Below, in pieces: positions 1 to 12,781 of a DNA stretch of 64,000 nucleotides. Where the stretch lies: assembly GCF_023055435.1 (NCBI RefSeq), contig NW_025963779.1, forward strand, positions 36,270,001-36,334,000, written 5' to 3'. A program made the translations under genes and the position numbers. Position 1 is the stretch's first letter. Each line of letters opens with the position of its first letter. The stretch is from Haliotis rufescens. Taxonomy: Eukaryota. The notes beneath the pieces were generated by a model. The model was not told where the DNA came from, searched no databases, and was given only the letters and a program-made list of their open reading frames with translations.

Positions 1-85
1 CCGAGGTTTCCCCAACGAGGATAGATCCAATGCTTTAGGCTCAGTGGAAAGAAGTCAATCAAACCCACCATGCCACGGCTCACCC
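1..85 (-). ncRNA. Putative Pol III small RNA, type A (3' part cut off by the window edge)
   Basis: Same core as 2289-2419, with TATA at 107-116. Confidence 0.55.
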
Positions 86-985
86 GGCAGAGATACATGC
101 AAGTTGTATACTTATACCACAGGTTAGTGGCTTGAAATACTCCCATGTGGTTGTGCAATTAACTGTGAAAGGGAGACAACTCCTGTATCCTTATAGTCAA
201 CGAACCAGTTGTTGGAAGACCGTGTGTCCTATGTTGGATGGTTATGCAAAAATACACAATCGTAATGATATAAGGATAAATCACATTTCATTGAAAGTTG
301 GACAAATTGAATAAAATGCTTTCTGGGGAAACTATTTTAGTTTAAATCTATACCATCATGTTTACTTGAATTAACTCCACATCATTGTGATCTCCCGGTG
401 CACATTCATGGAAGTTTTATCAGCCTGGTTGAATACGCTGAATGTGGGTTGAACATGCTTATTTATATTGCAACTGAATTCTAGGAAATATGCACGAACG
501 TTGCTGCCAATGGAGACGTAGAAAAGGACATGTAAATACAAACAACAATAGGGTGGATGCCCGAAAAAGAAACTCGCTCCCAATGTAAAAGTTTTATTTG
601 ACTGTTGAATGGATGTTTGATGCGAAAGAGGGGAGTCTTATATATATATACAGTAACGTGGCATTAACATGACACTGTCTGTTTCGATGTTGTATTGCAG
701 CGAACATGGTGATATATAAAGGAATGATTGTCAAAACAAGTTAAACGCAAAAGGATGAAACGCATCTAATGGGTGAAAGCATTTTCTAGTGTGTGCCATT
801 GATGAGAAAAAACAACATTCATCGGACATATACAATACTAAATACCGGTAAGTCAAGTGGAAATGTTATTTTAGATGATAGTTAATCATTCTTTCTGTCT
901 GCTAAATATATATTTTTTGTCTTGTTAATTTGCAAGTTGAAATCAAAACATGTCCAAAGTGGAACTGCCCAAAGGCAAAAATAGG

Positions 986-1118
986 AAAAAGGTGAGTATC
1001 GAGTTAGCGTGGTGGTATCCCCGCGGTTCGACCGAGGTTTCCCCAACGAGGATAGATCCAATGCTTTAGGCTCAGTGGAAGTAAGTCAACAATCATCCCA
1101 CCATGCCACGGCTCACCC
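986..1118 (-). ncRNA. Putative Pol III small structured RNA, type B (133 nt)
   Basis: G start at 1118, TATAAGTATA at 1149-1140 (-31), terminal stem GGUGAG/CUCACC, T5 terminator at 990-986. Confidence 0.65.
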
Positions 1119-1139
1119 GGCAGAGATACAGGCAAGTTG

Positions 1140-1193
1140 TATACTTATACCACCGGTTAGTGGCTTGAAATACTCCCATGTGGTTGTGCAATT
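1140..1193 (-). promoter_or_regulatory. TATA box plus conserved PSE-position block (present in every sub-unit)
   Basis: A/B identity ends abruptly at about -75 (gtgcaatt). TATA at -31 matches U6-type (type 3) promoter spacing. Confidence 0.6.
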
Positions 1194-1394
1194 AGCCGCA
1201 CAAGGGATATAATTCATGTAACACTGATCAAGTATTAGTCAATTTGAGGATGGGGCGTCCCGTTTCCGATATTGAAATGAAAACGTCAAAGATTACCAAA
1301 ATAAGGTGAGACATTATTTCAGCTTTAGTCCTAAAAATGTAATAAAATGCTTTCTGAGGAAATATTTATAGTTTAAATCGATGTCATCCCGTTT

Positions 1395-1437
1395 ATTTGC
1401 ATAAACTCGCCGTCATTGGGATATCTTGAATGCAAAT
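1395..1437. promoter_or_regulatory. Pair of perfect octamer motifs upstream of type B genes (DSE-like)
   Basis: ATTTGCAT at 1395-1402 and ATGCAAAT at 1430-1437 (about -280 and -315), retained in the B units. Confidence 0.4.
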
Positions 1438-2288
1438 ACATGAACGATTTGACAGCCTGGTTGAAGAAGTTGAATGTAGGTTGAACATGGTTATTTTGAG
1501 TGCAAGTGAATCGCAAGAAACGTTCGTGTAGCTGCCAGTGAAGATATAGAAATGAACACGTACATAAGTAAACAATAATGAAAGTGGATACCCACACGAG
1601 AGACTGGTGTCGTAGTCAATGTAACAATCATTAATGACTGTTGACTTGATGTTTGATTTAAGCTTTAAGCGTCGTAGTAATGCGGAGAAGTATTTCTACA
1701 CAATTACGCGGCATTATCATGGGAATGTTTGTTTTTTCATGAGGTAATTCAGCGATTAGGGCACCATATGAATGAGTGATTGTTGAAGTTAGGAAAATGA
1801 TTTCTGACATTTCATGCGAAAAAGAAAGTTTAGCATTGTAAATAGCATGGGACTTGAATACGGTTATAGTTTGTAACATTAGACATCTCTAACTAATTGA
1901 GCATTGACACATTATGTACGCTTTTGTTATAGATGCGAGTAAAGGGTTATCAAGGAACTGCATACTCGTTCGCTTATTCTTTAAATTTGCACTATTCATG
2001 GCGAAATTTACCTAACACAAGTTGACATTTTAACCTAGAATTTGGAAACGTACACAATGAATGAAGACGCTCATGTTGTAAGTAATAACTGGAAAAAGAA
2101 TCGCGGTTAGAAGAAAAGAATACAAATACTTAACAACAGTAAATTAAGTGAACATTATAATTTAGATGATATTAAGTGAGACACAGAGAGACACTATCTG
2201 TTTGCTCAATAAATGTGTTTTGTCTTGTTAAATTGTAAGATGAGATCAAAACATGTGCAACGTATAACTGCCCAAAGGCAAAACTAGG

Positions 2289-2419
2289 AAAAAGGTGAGT
2301 ATCGAGTTAGCATGGTGGTATCCCCGCGGTTCGACCGAGGTTTCCCCAACGAGGATAGATCCAATGCTTTAGGCTCAGTGGAAAGAAGTCAATCAAACCC
2401 ACCATGCCACGGCTCACCC
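2289..2419 (-). ncRNA. Putative Pol III small structured RNA, type A (131 nt)
   Basis: GGGUGAGCCGUGGCAUGGUGG...CCACCAUGCUAACUCGAUACUCACCUUUUU; TATA at -31, A-box-like at +11, B-box-like at +84. Confidence 0.65.
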
Positions 2420-3319
2420 GGCAGAGATACATGCAAGTTGTATACTTATACCACAGGTTAGTGGCTTGAAATACTCCCATGTGGTTGTGCAATTAACTGT
2501 GAAAGGGAGACAACTCCTGTATCCTTATAGTCAACGAACCAGTTGTTGGAAGACCGTGTGTCCTATGTTGGATGGTTATCCAAAAATACACAATCGTAAT
2601 GATATAAGGATAAATCACATTTCATTGAAAGTTGGACAAATTGAATAAAATGCTTTCTGGGGAAACTATTTTAGTTTAAATCTATACCATCATGTTTACT
2701 TGAATTAACTCCACATCATTGTGATCTCCCGGTGCACATTCATGGAAGTTTTATCAGCCTGGTTGAATACGCTGAATGTGGGTTGAACATGCTTATTTAT
2801 ATTGCAACTGAATTCTAGGAAATATGCACGAACGTTGCTGCCAATGGAGACGTAGAAAAGGACATGTAAATACAAACAACAATAGGGTGGATGCCCGAAA
2901 AAGAAACTCGCTCCCAATGTAAAAGTTTTATTTGACTGTTGAATGGATGTTTGATGCGAAAGAGGGGAGTCTTATATATATATACAGTAACGTGGCATTA
3001 ACATGACACTGTCTGTTTCGATGTTGTATTGCAGCGAACATGGTGATATATAAAGGAATGATTGTCAAAACAAGTTAAACGCAAAAGGATGAAACGCATC
3101 TAATGGGTGAAAGCATTTTCTAGTGTGTGCCATTGATGAGAAAAAACAACATTCATCGGACATATACAATACTAAATACCGGTAAGTCAAGTGGAAATGT
3201 TATTTTAGATGATAGTTAATCATTCTTTCTGTCTGCTAAATATATATTTTTTGTCTTGTTAATTTGCAAGTTGAAATCAAAACATGTCCAAAGTGGAACT
3301 GCCCAAAGGCAAAAATAGG

Positions 3320-3452
3320 AAAAAGGTGAGTATCGAGTTAGCGTGGTGGTATCCCCGCGGTTCTACCGAGGTTTCCCCAACGAGGATAGATCCAATGCTT
3401 TAGGCTCAGTGGAAGTAAGTCAACAATCATCCCACCATGCCACGGCTCACCC
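3320..3452 (-). ncRNA. Type B copy
   Basis: Same core; one substitution in the B-box hairpin. Confidence 0.6.
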
Positions 3453-4622
3453 GGCAGAGATACAGGCAAGTTGTATACTCATACCACCGGTTAGTGGCTT
3501 GAAATACTCCCATGTGGTTGTGCAATTAGCCGCACAAGGGATATAATTCATGTAACACTGATCAAGTATTAGTCAATTTGAGGATGGGGCGTCCCGTTTC
3601 CGATATTGAAATGAAAACGTCAAAGATTACCAAAATAAGGTGAGACATTATTTCAGCTTTAGTCCTAAAAATGTAATAAAATGCTTTCTGAGGAAATATT
3701 TATAGTTTAAATCGATGTCATCCCGTTTATTTGCATTAACTCGCCGTCATTGGGATATCTTGAATGCAAATACATGAACGATTTGACAGCCTGGTTGAAG
3801 AAGTTGAATGTAGGTTGAACATGGTTATTTTGAGTGCAAGTGAATCGCAAGAAACGTTCGTGTAGCTGCCAGTGAAGATATAGAAATGAACACGTACATA
3901 AGTAAACAATAATGAAAGTGGATACCCACACGAGAGACTGGTGTCGTAGTCAATGTAACAATCATTAATGACTGTTGACTTGATGTTTGATTTAAGCTTT
4001 AAGCGTCGTAGTAATGCGGAGAAGTATTTCTACACAATTACGCGGCATTATCATGGGAATGTTTGTTTTTTCATGAGGTAATTCAGCGATTAGGGCACCA
4101 TATGAATGAGTGATTGTTGAAGTTAGGAAAATGATTTCTGACATTTCATGCGAAAAAGAAAGTTTAGCATTGTAAATAGCATGGGACTTGAATACGGTTA
4201 TAGTTTGTAACATTAGACATCTCTAACTAATTGAGCATTGACACATTATGTACGCTTTTGTTATAGATGCGAGTAAAGGGTTATCAAGGAACTGCATACT
4301 CGTTCGCTTATTCTTTAAATTTGCACTATTCATGGCGAAATTTACCTAACACAAGTTGACATTTTAACCTAGAATTTGGAAACGTACACAATGAATGAAG
4401 ACGCTCATGTTGTAAGTAATAACTGGAAAAAGAATCGCGGTTAGAAGAAAAGAATACAAATACTTAACAACAGTAAATTAAGTGAACATTATAATTTAGA
4501 TGATATTAAGTGAGACACAGAGAGACACTATCTGTTTGCTCAATAAATGTGTTTTGTCTTGTTAAATTGTAAGATGAGATCAAAACATGTGCAACGTATA
4601 ACTGCCCAAAGGCAAAACTAGG

Positions 4623-4753
4623 AAAAAGGTGAGTATCGAGTTAGCATGGTGGTATCCCCGCGGTTCGACCGAGGTTTCCCCAACGAGGATAGATCCAATG
4701 CTTTAGGCTCAGTGGAAAGAAGTCAATCAAACCCACCATGCCACGGCTCACCC
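4623..4753 (-). ncRNA. Type A copy
   Basis: Same core. Confidence 0.65.
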
Positions 4754-5651
4754 GGCAGAGATACATGCAAGTTGTATACTTATACCACAGGTTAGTGGCT
4801 TGAAATACTCCCATGTGGTTGTGCAATTAACTGTGAAAGGGAGACAACTCCTGTATCCTTTTAGTCAACGAACCAGTTGTTGGAAGACCGTGTGTCCTAT
4901 GTTGGATGGTTATGCAAAAATACACAATCGTAATGATATAAGGATAAATCACATTTCATTGAAAGTTGGACAAATTGAATAAAATGCTTTCTGGGGAAAC
5001 TATTTTAGTTTAAATCTATACCATCATGTTTACTTGAATTAACTCCACATCATTGTGATCTCCCGGTGCACATTCATGGAAGTTTTATCAGCCTGGTTGA
5101 ATACGCTGAATGTGGGTTGAACATGCTTATTTATATTGCAACTGAATTCTAGGAAATATGCACGAACGTTGCTGCCAATGGAGACGTAGAAAAGGACATG
5201 TAAATACAAACAACAATAGGGTGGATGCCCGAAAAAGAAACTAGCTCCCAATGTAAAAGTTTTATTTGACTGTTGAATGGATGTTTGATGCGAAATAGGG
5301 GAGTCTTACATATATTCAGTAACGTGGCATTAAAATGACACTGTCTGTCCCGATGTTGTATTGCAGCGAACATGGTAATATATAAAGGAATGATTGTCAA
5401 AACAAGTTAAACGCAAAAGGATGAAACGCATCTAATGGGTGAAAGCATTTTCTAGTGTGTGCCATTGATGAGAAAAAACAACATTCATCGGACATATACA
5501 ATACTAAATACCGGTAAGTCAAGTGGAAATGTTATTTTAGATGATAGTTAATCATTCTTTCTGTCTGCTAAATATATATTTTTTGTCTTGTTAATTTGCA
5601 AGTTGAAATCAAAACATGTCCAAAGTGGAACTGCCCAAAGGCAAAAATAGG

Positions 5652-5784
5652 AAAAAGGTGAGTATCGAGTTAGCGTGGTGGTATCCCCGCGGTTCGACCG
5701 AGGTTTCCCCAACGAGGATAGATCCAATGCTTTAGGCTCAGTGGAAGTAAGTCAACAATCATCCCACCATGCCACGGCTCACCC
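5652..5784 (-). ncRNA. Type B copy
   Basis: Same core. Confidence 0.65.
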
Positions 5785-6955
5785 GGCAGAGATACAGGCA
5801 AGTTGTATACTTATACCACCGGTTAGTGGCTTGAAATACTCCCATGTGGTTGTGCAATTAGCCGCACAAGGGATATAATTCATGTAACACTGATCAAGTA
5901 TTAGTCAATTTGAGGATGGGGCGTCCCGTTTCCGATATTGAAATGAAAACCGTCAAAGATTACCAAAATAAGGTGAGACATTATTTCAGCTTTAGTCCTA
6001 AAAATGTAATAAAATGCTTTCTGAGGAAATATTTATAGTTTAAATCGATGTCATCCCGTTTATTTGCATAAACTCGCCGTCATTGGGATATCTTGAATGC
6101 AAATACATGAACGATTTGACAGCCTGGTTGAAGAAGTTGAATGTAGGTTGAACATGGTTATTTTGAGTGCAAGTGAATCGCAAGAAACGTTCGTGTAGCT
6201 GCCAGTGAAGATATAGAAATGAACACGTACATAAGTAAACAATAATGAAAGTGGATACCCACACGAGAGACTGGTGTCGTAGTCAATGTAACAATCATTA
6301 ATGACTGTTGACTTGATGTTTGATTTAAGCTTTAAGCGTCGTAGTAATGCGGAGAAGTATTTCTACACAATTACGCGGCATTATCATGGGAATGTTTGTT
6401 TTTTCATGAGGTAATTCAGCGATTAGGGCACCATATGAATGAGTGATTGTTGAAGTTAGGAAAATGATTTCTGACATTTCATGCGAAAAAGAAAGTTTAG
6501 CATTGTAAATAGCATGGGACTTGAATACGGTTATAGTTTGTAACATTAGACATCTCTAACTAATTGAGCATTGACACATTATGTACGCTTTTGTTATAGA
6601 TGCGAGTAAATGGTTATCAAGGAACTGCATACTCGTTCGCTTATTCTATAAATTTGCACTATTCATGGCGAAATTTACCTAACACAAGTTGACATTTTAA
6701 CCTAGAATTTGGAAACGTACACAATGAATGAAGACGCTCATGTTGTAAGTAATAACTGGAAAAAGAATCGCGGTTAGAAGAAAAGAATACAAATACTTAA
6801 CAACAGTAAATTAAGTGAACATTATAATTTAGATGATATTAAGTGAGACACAGAGAGACACTATCTGTTTGCTCAATAAATGTGTTTTGTCTTGTTAATT
6901 TGTAAGATGAGATCAAAACATGTGCAACGTATAACTGCCCAAAGGCAAAACTAGG

Positions 6956-7086
6956 AAAAAGGTGAGTATCGAGTTAGCATGGTGGTATCCCCGCGGTTCG
7001 ACCGAGGTTTCCCCAACGAGGATAGATCCAATGCTTTAGGCTCAGTGGAAAGAAGTCAATCAAACCCACCATGCCACGGCTCACCC
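6956..7086 (-). ncRNA. Type A copy
   Basis: Same core. Confidence 0.65.
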
Positions 7087-7983
7087 GGCAGAGATACATG
7101 CAAGTTCTATACTTATACCACAGGTTATTGGCTTGAAATACTCCCATGTGGTTGTGCAATTGACTGTGAAAGGGAGACAACTCCTGTATCCTTATAGTCA
7201 AGAAACCAGTTGTTGAAAGACCGTGTGTCCTATGTTGGATGGTTATGCAAAATACACAATCGTAATGATATAAGGATAAATCACATTTCATTGAAAGTTG
7301 GACAAATTGAATAAAATGCATTCTGGGGAAACTATTTTAGTTTAAATCTATACCATCATGTTTACTTGAATTAACTCCAAATCATTGTGATCTCCCGGTG
7401 CACATTCATGGAAGTTTTATCAGCCTGGTTGAATACGCTGAATGTGGGTTGAACATGCTTATTTATATTGCAACTGAATTCTAGGAAATATGCACGAACG
7501 TGGCTGCCAATGGAGACGTAGAAAAGGACATGTAAATACAAACAACAATAGGGTGGATGCCCGAAAAAGAAACTCGCTCCCAATGTAAAAGTTTTATTTG
7601 ACTGTTGAATGGATGTTTGATGCGAAATAAGGGAGTCTTATATATATACAGTAACGTGGCATTAAAATGACACTGTCTGTCCCGATGTTGTATTGCAGCG
7701 AACATGGTAATATATAAAGGAATGATTGTCAAAACAAGTTAAACGCAAAAGGATGAAACGCATCTAATGGGTGAAAGCATTTTCTAGTGTGTGCCATTGA
7801 TGAGAAAAAACAACATTCATCGGACATATACAATACTAAATACCGGTAAGTCAAGTGGAAATGTTATTTTAGATGATAGTTAATCATTCTTTCTGTCTGC
7901 TAAATAAATATTTTTTGTCTTGTTAATTTGTAAGTTGAAATCAAAACATGTCCAAAGTGGAACTGCCCAAAGGCAAAACTAGG

Positions 7984-8116
7984 AAAAAGGTGAGTATCGA
8001 GTTAGCGTGGTGGTATCCCCGCGGTTCGACCGAGGTTTCCCCAACGAGGATAGATCCAATGCTTTAGGCTCAGTGGAAGTAAGTCAACAATCATCCCACC
8101 ATGCCACGGCTCACCC
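7984..8116 (-). ncRNA. Type B copy
   Basis: Same core. Confidence 0.65.
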
Positions 8117-9287
8117 GGCAGAGATATAGGCAAGTTGTATACTTATACCACAGGTTAGTGGCTTGAAATACTCCCATGTGGTTGTGCAATTAGCCGCACA
8201 AGGGATATATTTCATGTAACACTGATCAAGTATTAGTCAATTTGAGGATGGGGCGTCCCGTTTCCGATATTGAAATGAAAACGTCAAAGATTACAAAAAT
8301 ACGGTGAGACATTATTTCAGCTTTAGTCCTAAAAATGTAATAAAATGCTTTCTGAGGAAATAGTTATAGTTTAAATCGATGTCATCACGTTTATTTGCAT
8401 AAACTCGCCATCATTGGGATATCTTGAATGCAAATACATTAAAGGATTTGACAGCCTGGTTGAAGAAGTTGAATGTAGGTTGAACATGGTTATTTTGAGT
8501 GCAAGTGAATCGCAAGAAACGTTCGTGTAGCTGCCAGTGAAGATATAGAAATGAACACGTACATAAGTAAACAATAATGAAAGTGGATACCCACACGAGA
8601 GACCGGTGTCGTAGTCAATGTAACAATCATTAATGACTGTTGACTTGATGTTTGATTTAAGCTTTAAGCGTCGTAGTAATGCGGAGAAGTATTTCTACAC
8701 AATTACGCGGCATTATCATGGGAATGTTTGTTTTTTCATGAGGTAACTCAGCGATTAGGGAACTATATGAATGAGTGATTGTTGAAGTTAGGAAAATGAT
8801 TTCTGACATTTCATGCAAAAAAGAAAGTTTAGCATTGTAAATAGCATGGGACTTGAATATGGTTATAGTTTGTAACATTGGACATCTCTAACTAATTGAG
8901 CATTGACACATTATGTACGCTTTTGTTATAGATGCGAGTAAATGGTTATCAAGGAACTGCATACTCGTTCGCTTATTCTTTAAATTTGCACTATTCATGG
9001 CGAAATTTACCTAACACAAGTTGACATTTTAACCTAGAATTTGGAAACGTACACAATGAATGAAGACGCTCATGTTGTAAGTAATAACTGGAAAAAGAAT
9101 CGCGGTTAGAAGAAAAGAATACAAATACTTAACAACAGTAAATTAAGTGAACATTATAATTTAGATGATATTAAGTGAGACACAGAGAGACACTATCTGT
9201 TTGCTAAATAAATGTGTTTTGTCTTGTGAAATTGTAAGATGAGATCAAAACATGTGCAACGTATAACTGCCCAAAGGCAAAACTAGG

Positions 9288-9418
9288 AAAAAGGTGAGTA
9301 TCGAGTTAGCATGGTGGTATCCCCGCGGTTCGACCGAGGTTTCCCCAACGAGGATAGATCCAATGCTTTAGGCTCAGTGGAAAGAAGTCAATCAAACCCA
9401 CCATGCCACGGCTCACCC
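9288..9418 (-). ncRNA. Type A copy
   Basis: Same core. Confidence 0.65.
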
Positions 9419-10315
9419 GGCAGAGATACATGCAAGTTCTATACTTATACCACAGGTTATTGGCTTGAAATACTCCCATGTGGTTGTGCAATTGACTGTG
9501 AAAGGGAGACAACTCCTGTATCCTTATAGTCAAGAAACCAGTTGTTGAAAGACCGTGTGTCCTATGTTGGATGGTTATGCAAAATACACAATCGTAATGA
9601 TATAAGGATAAATCACATTTCATTGAAAGTTGGACAAATTGAATAAAATGCTCTCTGGGGAAACTATTTTAGTTTAAATCTATACCATCATGTTTACTTG
9701 AATTAACTCCACATCATTGTGATCTCGCGGTGCACATTCATGGAAGTTTTATCAGCCTGGTTGAATACGCTGAATGTGGGTTGAACATGCTTATTTATAT
9801 TGCAACTGAATTCTAGGAAATATGCACGAACGTGGCTGCCAATGGAGACGTAGAAAAGGACATGTAAATACAAACAACAATAGGGTGGATGCCCGAAAAA
9901 GAAACTCGCTCCCAATGTAAAAGTTTTATTTGACTGTTGAATGGATGTTTGATGCGAAATAAGGGAGTCTTATATATATACAGTAACGTGGCATTAAAAT
10001 GACACTGTCTGTCCCGATGTTGTATTGCAGCGAACATGGTAATATATAAAGGAATGATTGTCAAAACAAGTTAAACGCAAAAGGATGAAACGCATCTAAT
10101 GGGTGAAAGCATTTTCTAGTGTGTGCCATTGATGAGAAAAAACAACATTCATCGGACATATACAATACTAAATACCGGTAAGTCAAGTGGAAATGTTATT
10201 TTAGATGATAGTTAATCATTCTTTCTGTCTGCTAAATAAATATTTTTTGTCTTGTTAATTTGTAAGTTGAAATCAAAACATGTCCAAAGTGGAACTGCCC
10301 AAAGGCAAAACTAGG

Positions 10316-10448
10316 AAAAAGGTGAGTATCGAGTTAGCGTGGTGGTATCCCCGCGGTTCGACCGAGGTTTCCCCAACGAGGATAGATCCAATGCTTTAGG
10401 CTCAGTGGAAGAAAGTCAACAATCATCCCGCCATGCCACGGCTCACCC
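10316..10448 (-). ncRNA. Type B copy
   Basis: Same core; two private substitutions. Confidence 0.6.
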
Positions 10449-11618
10449 GGCAGAGATATAGGCAAGTTGTATACTTATACCACAGGTTATTGGCTTGAAA
10501 TACTCCCATGTGGTTGTGCAATTAGCTGCACAAGGGATATATTTCATGTAACACTGATCAAGTATTAGTCAATTTGAGGATGGGGCGTCCCGTTTCCGAT
10601 ATTGAAATGAAAACGTCAAAGATAACAAAAATACGGTGAGACATTATTTCAGCTTTAGTCCTAAAAATGTAATAAAATGCTTTCTGAGGAAATAGTTATA
10701 GTTTAAATCGATGTCATCACGTTTATTTGCATAAACTCGCCATCATTGGGATATCTTGAATGCAAATACATGAACGATTTGACAGCCTGGTTGAAGAAGT
10801 TGAATGTAGGTTGAACATGGTTATTTTGAGTGCAAGTGAATCGCAAGAAACGTTCGTGTAGCTGCCAGTGAAGATATAGAAATGAACACGTACATAAGTA
10901 AACAATAATGAAAGTGGATACCCACACGAGAGACCGGTGTCGTAGTCAATGTAACAATCATTAATGACTGTTGACTTGATGTTTGATTTAAGCTTTAAGC
11001 GTCGTAGTAATGCGGAGAAGTATTTCTACACAATTACGCGGCATTATCATGGGAATGTTTGTTTTTTCATGAGGTAACTCAGCGATTAGGGAACTATATG
11101 AATGAGTGATTGTTGAAGTTAGGAACATGATTTCTGACATTTCATGCGAAAAAGAAAGTTTAGCATTGTAAATAGCATGGGACTTGAATACGGTTATAGT
11201 TTGTAACATTAGACATCTCTAACTAATTGAACATTGACACATTATGTACGCTTTTGTTATAGATGCGAGTAAAGGGTTATCAAGGAACTGCATACTCGTT
11301 CGCTTATTCTTTAAATTTGCACTATTCATGGCGATATTTACCTAACACAAGTTGACATTTTAACCTAGAATTTGGAAACGTACACAATGAATGAAGACGC
11401 TCATGTTGTAAGTAATAACTGGAAAAAGAATCGCGGTTAGAAGAAAAGAATACAAATACTTAACAACAGTAAATTAAGTGAACATTATAATTTAGATGAT
11501 ATTAAGTGAGACACAGAGAGACACTATCTGTTTGCTCAATAAATGTGTTTTGTCTTGTTAATTTGTAAGATGAGATCAAAACATGTGCAACGTATAACTG
11601 CCCAAAGGCAAAACTAGG

Positions 11619-11749
11619 AAAAAGGTGAGTATCGAGTTAGCATGGTGGTATCCCCGCGGTTCGACCGAGGTTTCCCCAACGAGGATAGATCCAATGCTTT
11701 AGGCTCAGTGGAAAGAAGTCAATCAAACCCACCATGCCACGGCTCACCC
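11619..11749 (-). ncRNA. Type A copy
   Basis: Same core. Confidence 0.65.
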
Positions 11750-12648
11750 GGCAGAGATACATGCAAGTTCTATACTTATACCACAGGTTATTGGCTTGAA
11801 ATACTCCCATGTGGTTGTGCAATTGACTGTGAAAGGGAGACAACTCCTGTATCCTTATAGTCAACGAACCAGTTGTTGAAAGACCGTCTGTCCTATGTTG
11901 GATGGTTATGCAAAATACACAATCGTAATGATATAAGGATAAATCACATTTCATTGAAAGTTGGACAAATTGAATAAAATGCTCTCTGGGGAAACTATTT
12001 TAGTTTAAATCTATACCATCATGTTTACTTGAATTAACTCCACATCATTGTGATCTCGCGGTGCACATTCATGGAAGTTTTATCAGCCTGGTTGAATACG
12101 CTGAATGTGGGTTGAACATGCTTATTTATATTGCAACTGAATTCTAGGAAATATGCACGAACGTGGCTGCCAATGGAGACGTAGAAAAGGACATGTAAAT
12201 ACAAACAACAATAGGGTGGATGCCCGAAAAAGAAACTCGCTCCCAATGTAAAAGTTTTATTTGACTGTTGAATGGATGTTTGATGCGAAATAAGGGAGTC
12301 TTATATATATATACAGTAACGTGGCATTAAAATGACACTGTCTGTCCCGATGTTGTATTGCAGCGAACATGGTAATATATAAAGGAATGATTGTCAAAAC
12401 AAGTTAAACGCAAAAGGATGAAACGCATCTAATGGGTGAAAGCATTTTCTAGTGTGTGCCATTGATGAGAAAAAACAACATTCATCGGACATATACAATA
12501 CTAAATACCGGTAAGTCAAGTGGAAATGTTATTTTAGATGATAGTTAATCATTCTTTCTGTCTGCTAAATAAATATTTTTTGTCTTGTTAATTTGTAAGT
12601 TGAAATCAAAACATGTCCAAAGTGGAACTGCCCAAAGGCAAAACTAGG

Positions 12649-12781
12649 AAAAAGGTGAGTATCGAGTTAGCGTGGTGGTATCCCCGCGGTTCGACCGAGG
12701 TTTCCCCAACGAGGATAGATCCAATGCTTTAGGCTCAGTGGAAGTAAGTCAACAATCATCCCACCATGCCACGGCTCACCC
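12649..12781 (-). ncRNA. Type B copy
   Basis: Same core. Confidence 0.65.

Noticed and set aside
1020-1082. Plus-strand GGTTCGA and TAGGCTCAGTGG as tRNA or vault boxes
   Set aside because: The order is B then A, there is no downstream T-run and no cloverleaf. TATA and terminator both point to the minus strand.
986-1118. Core as U1, U11, U6, 5S, SRP or tRNA-Sec
   Set aside because: Only short resemblances (ggtttcccca..cgagg..atcca.tgc to U1; aaaaagg to U11; ttagcatgg to U6; GCCGGG to SRP). There is no Sm site, U6 ACAGAGA/AGC arrangement, 5S C box or anticodon arm in the right context.
986-1118. Hammerhead or HDV ribozyme (retrozyme-like array)
   Set aside because: No CUGANGA core on either strand, and I could not build a nested double pseudoknot. 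A cleavage assay would be decisive.
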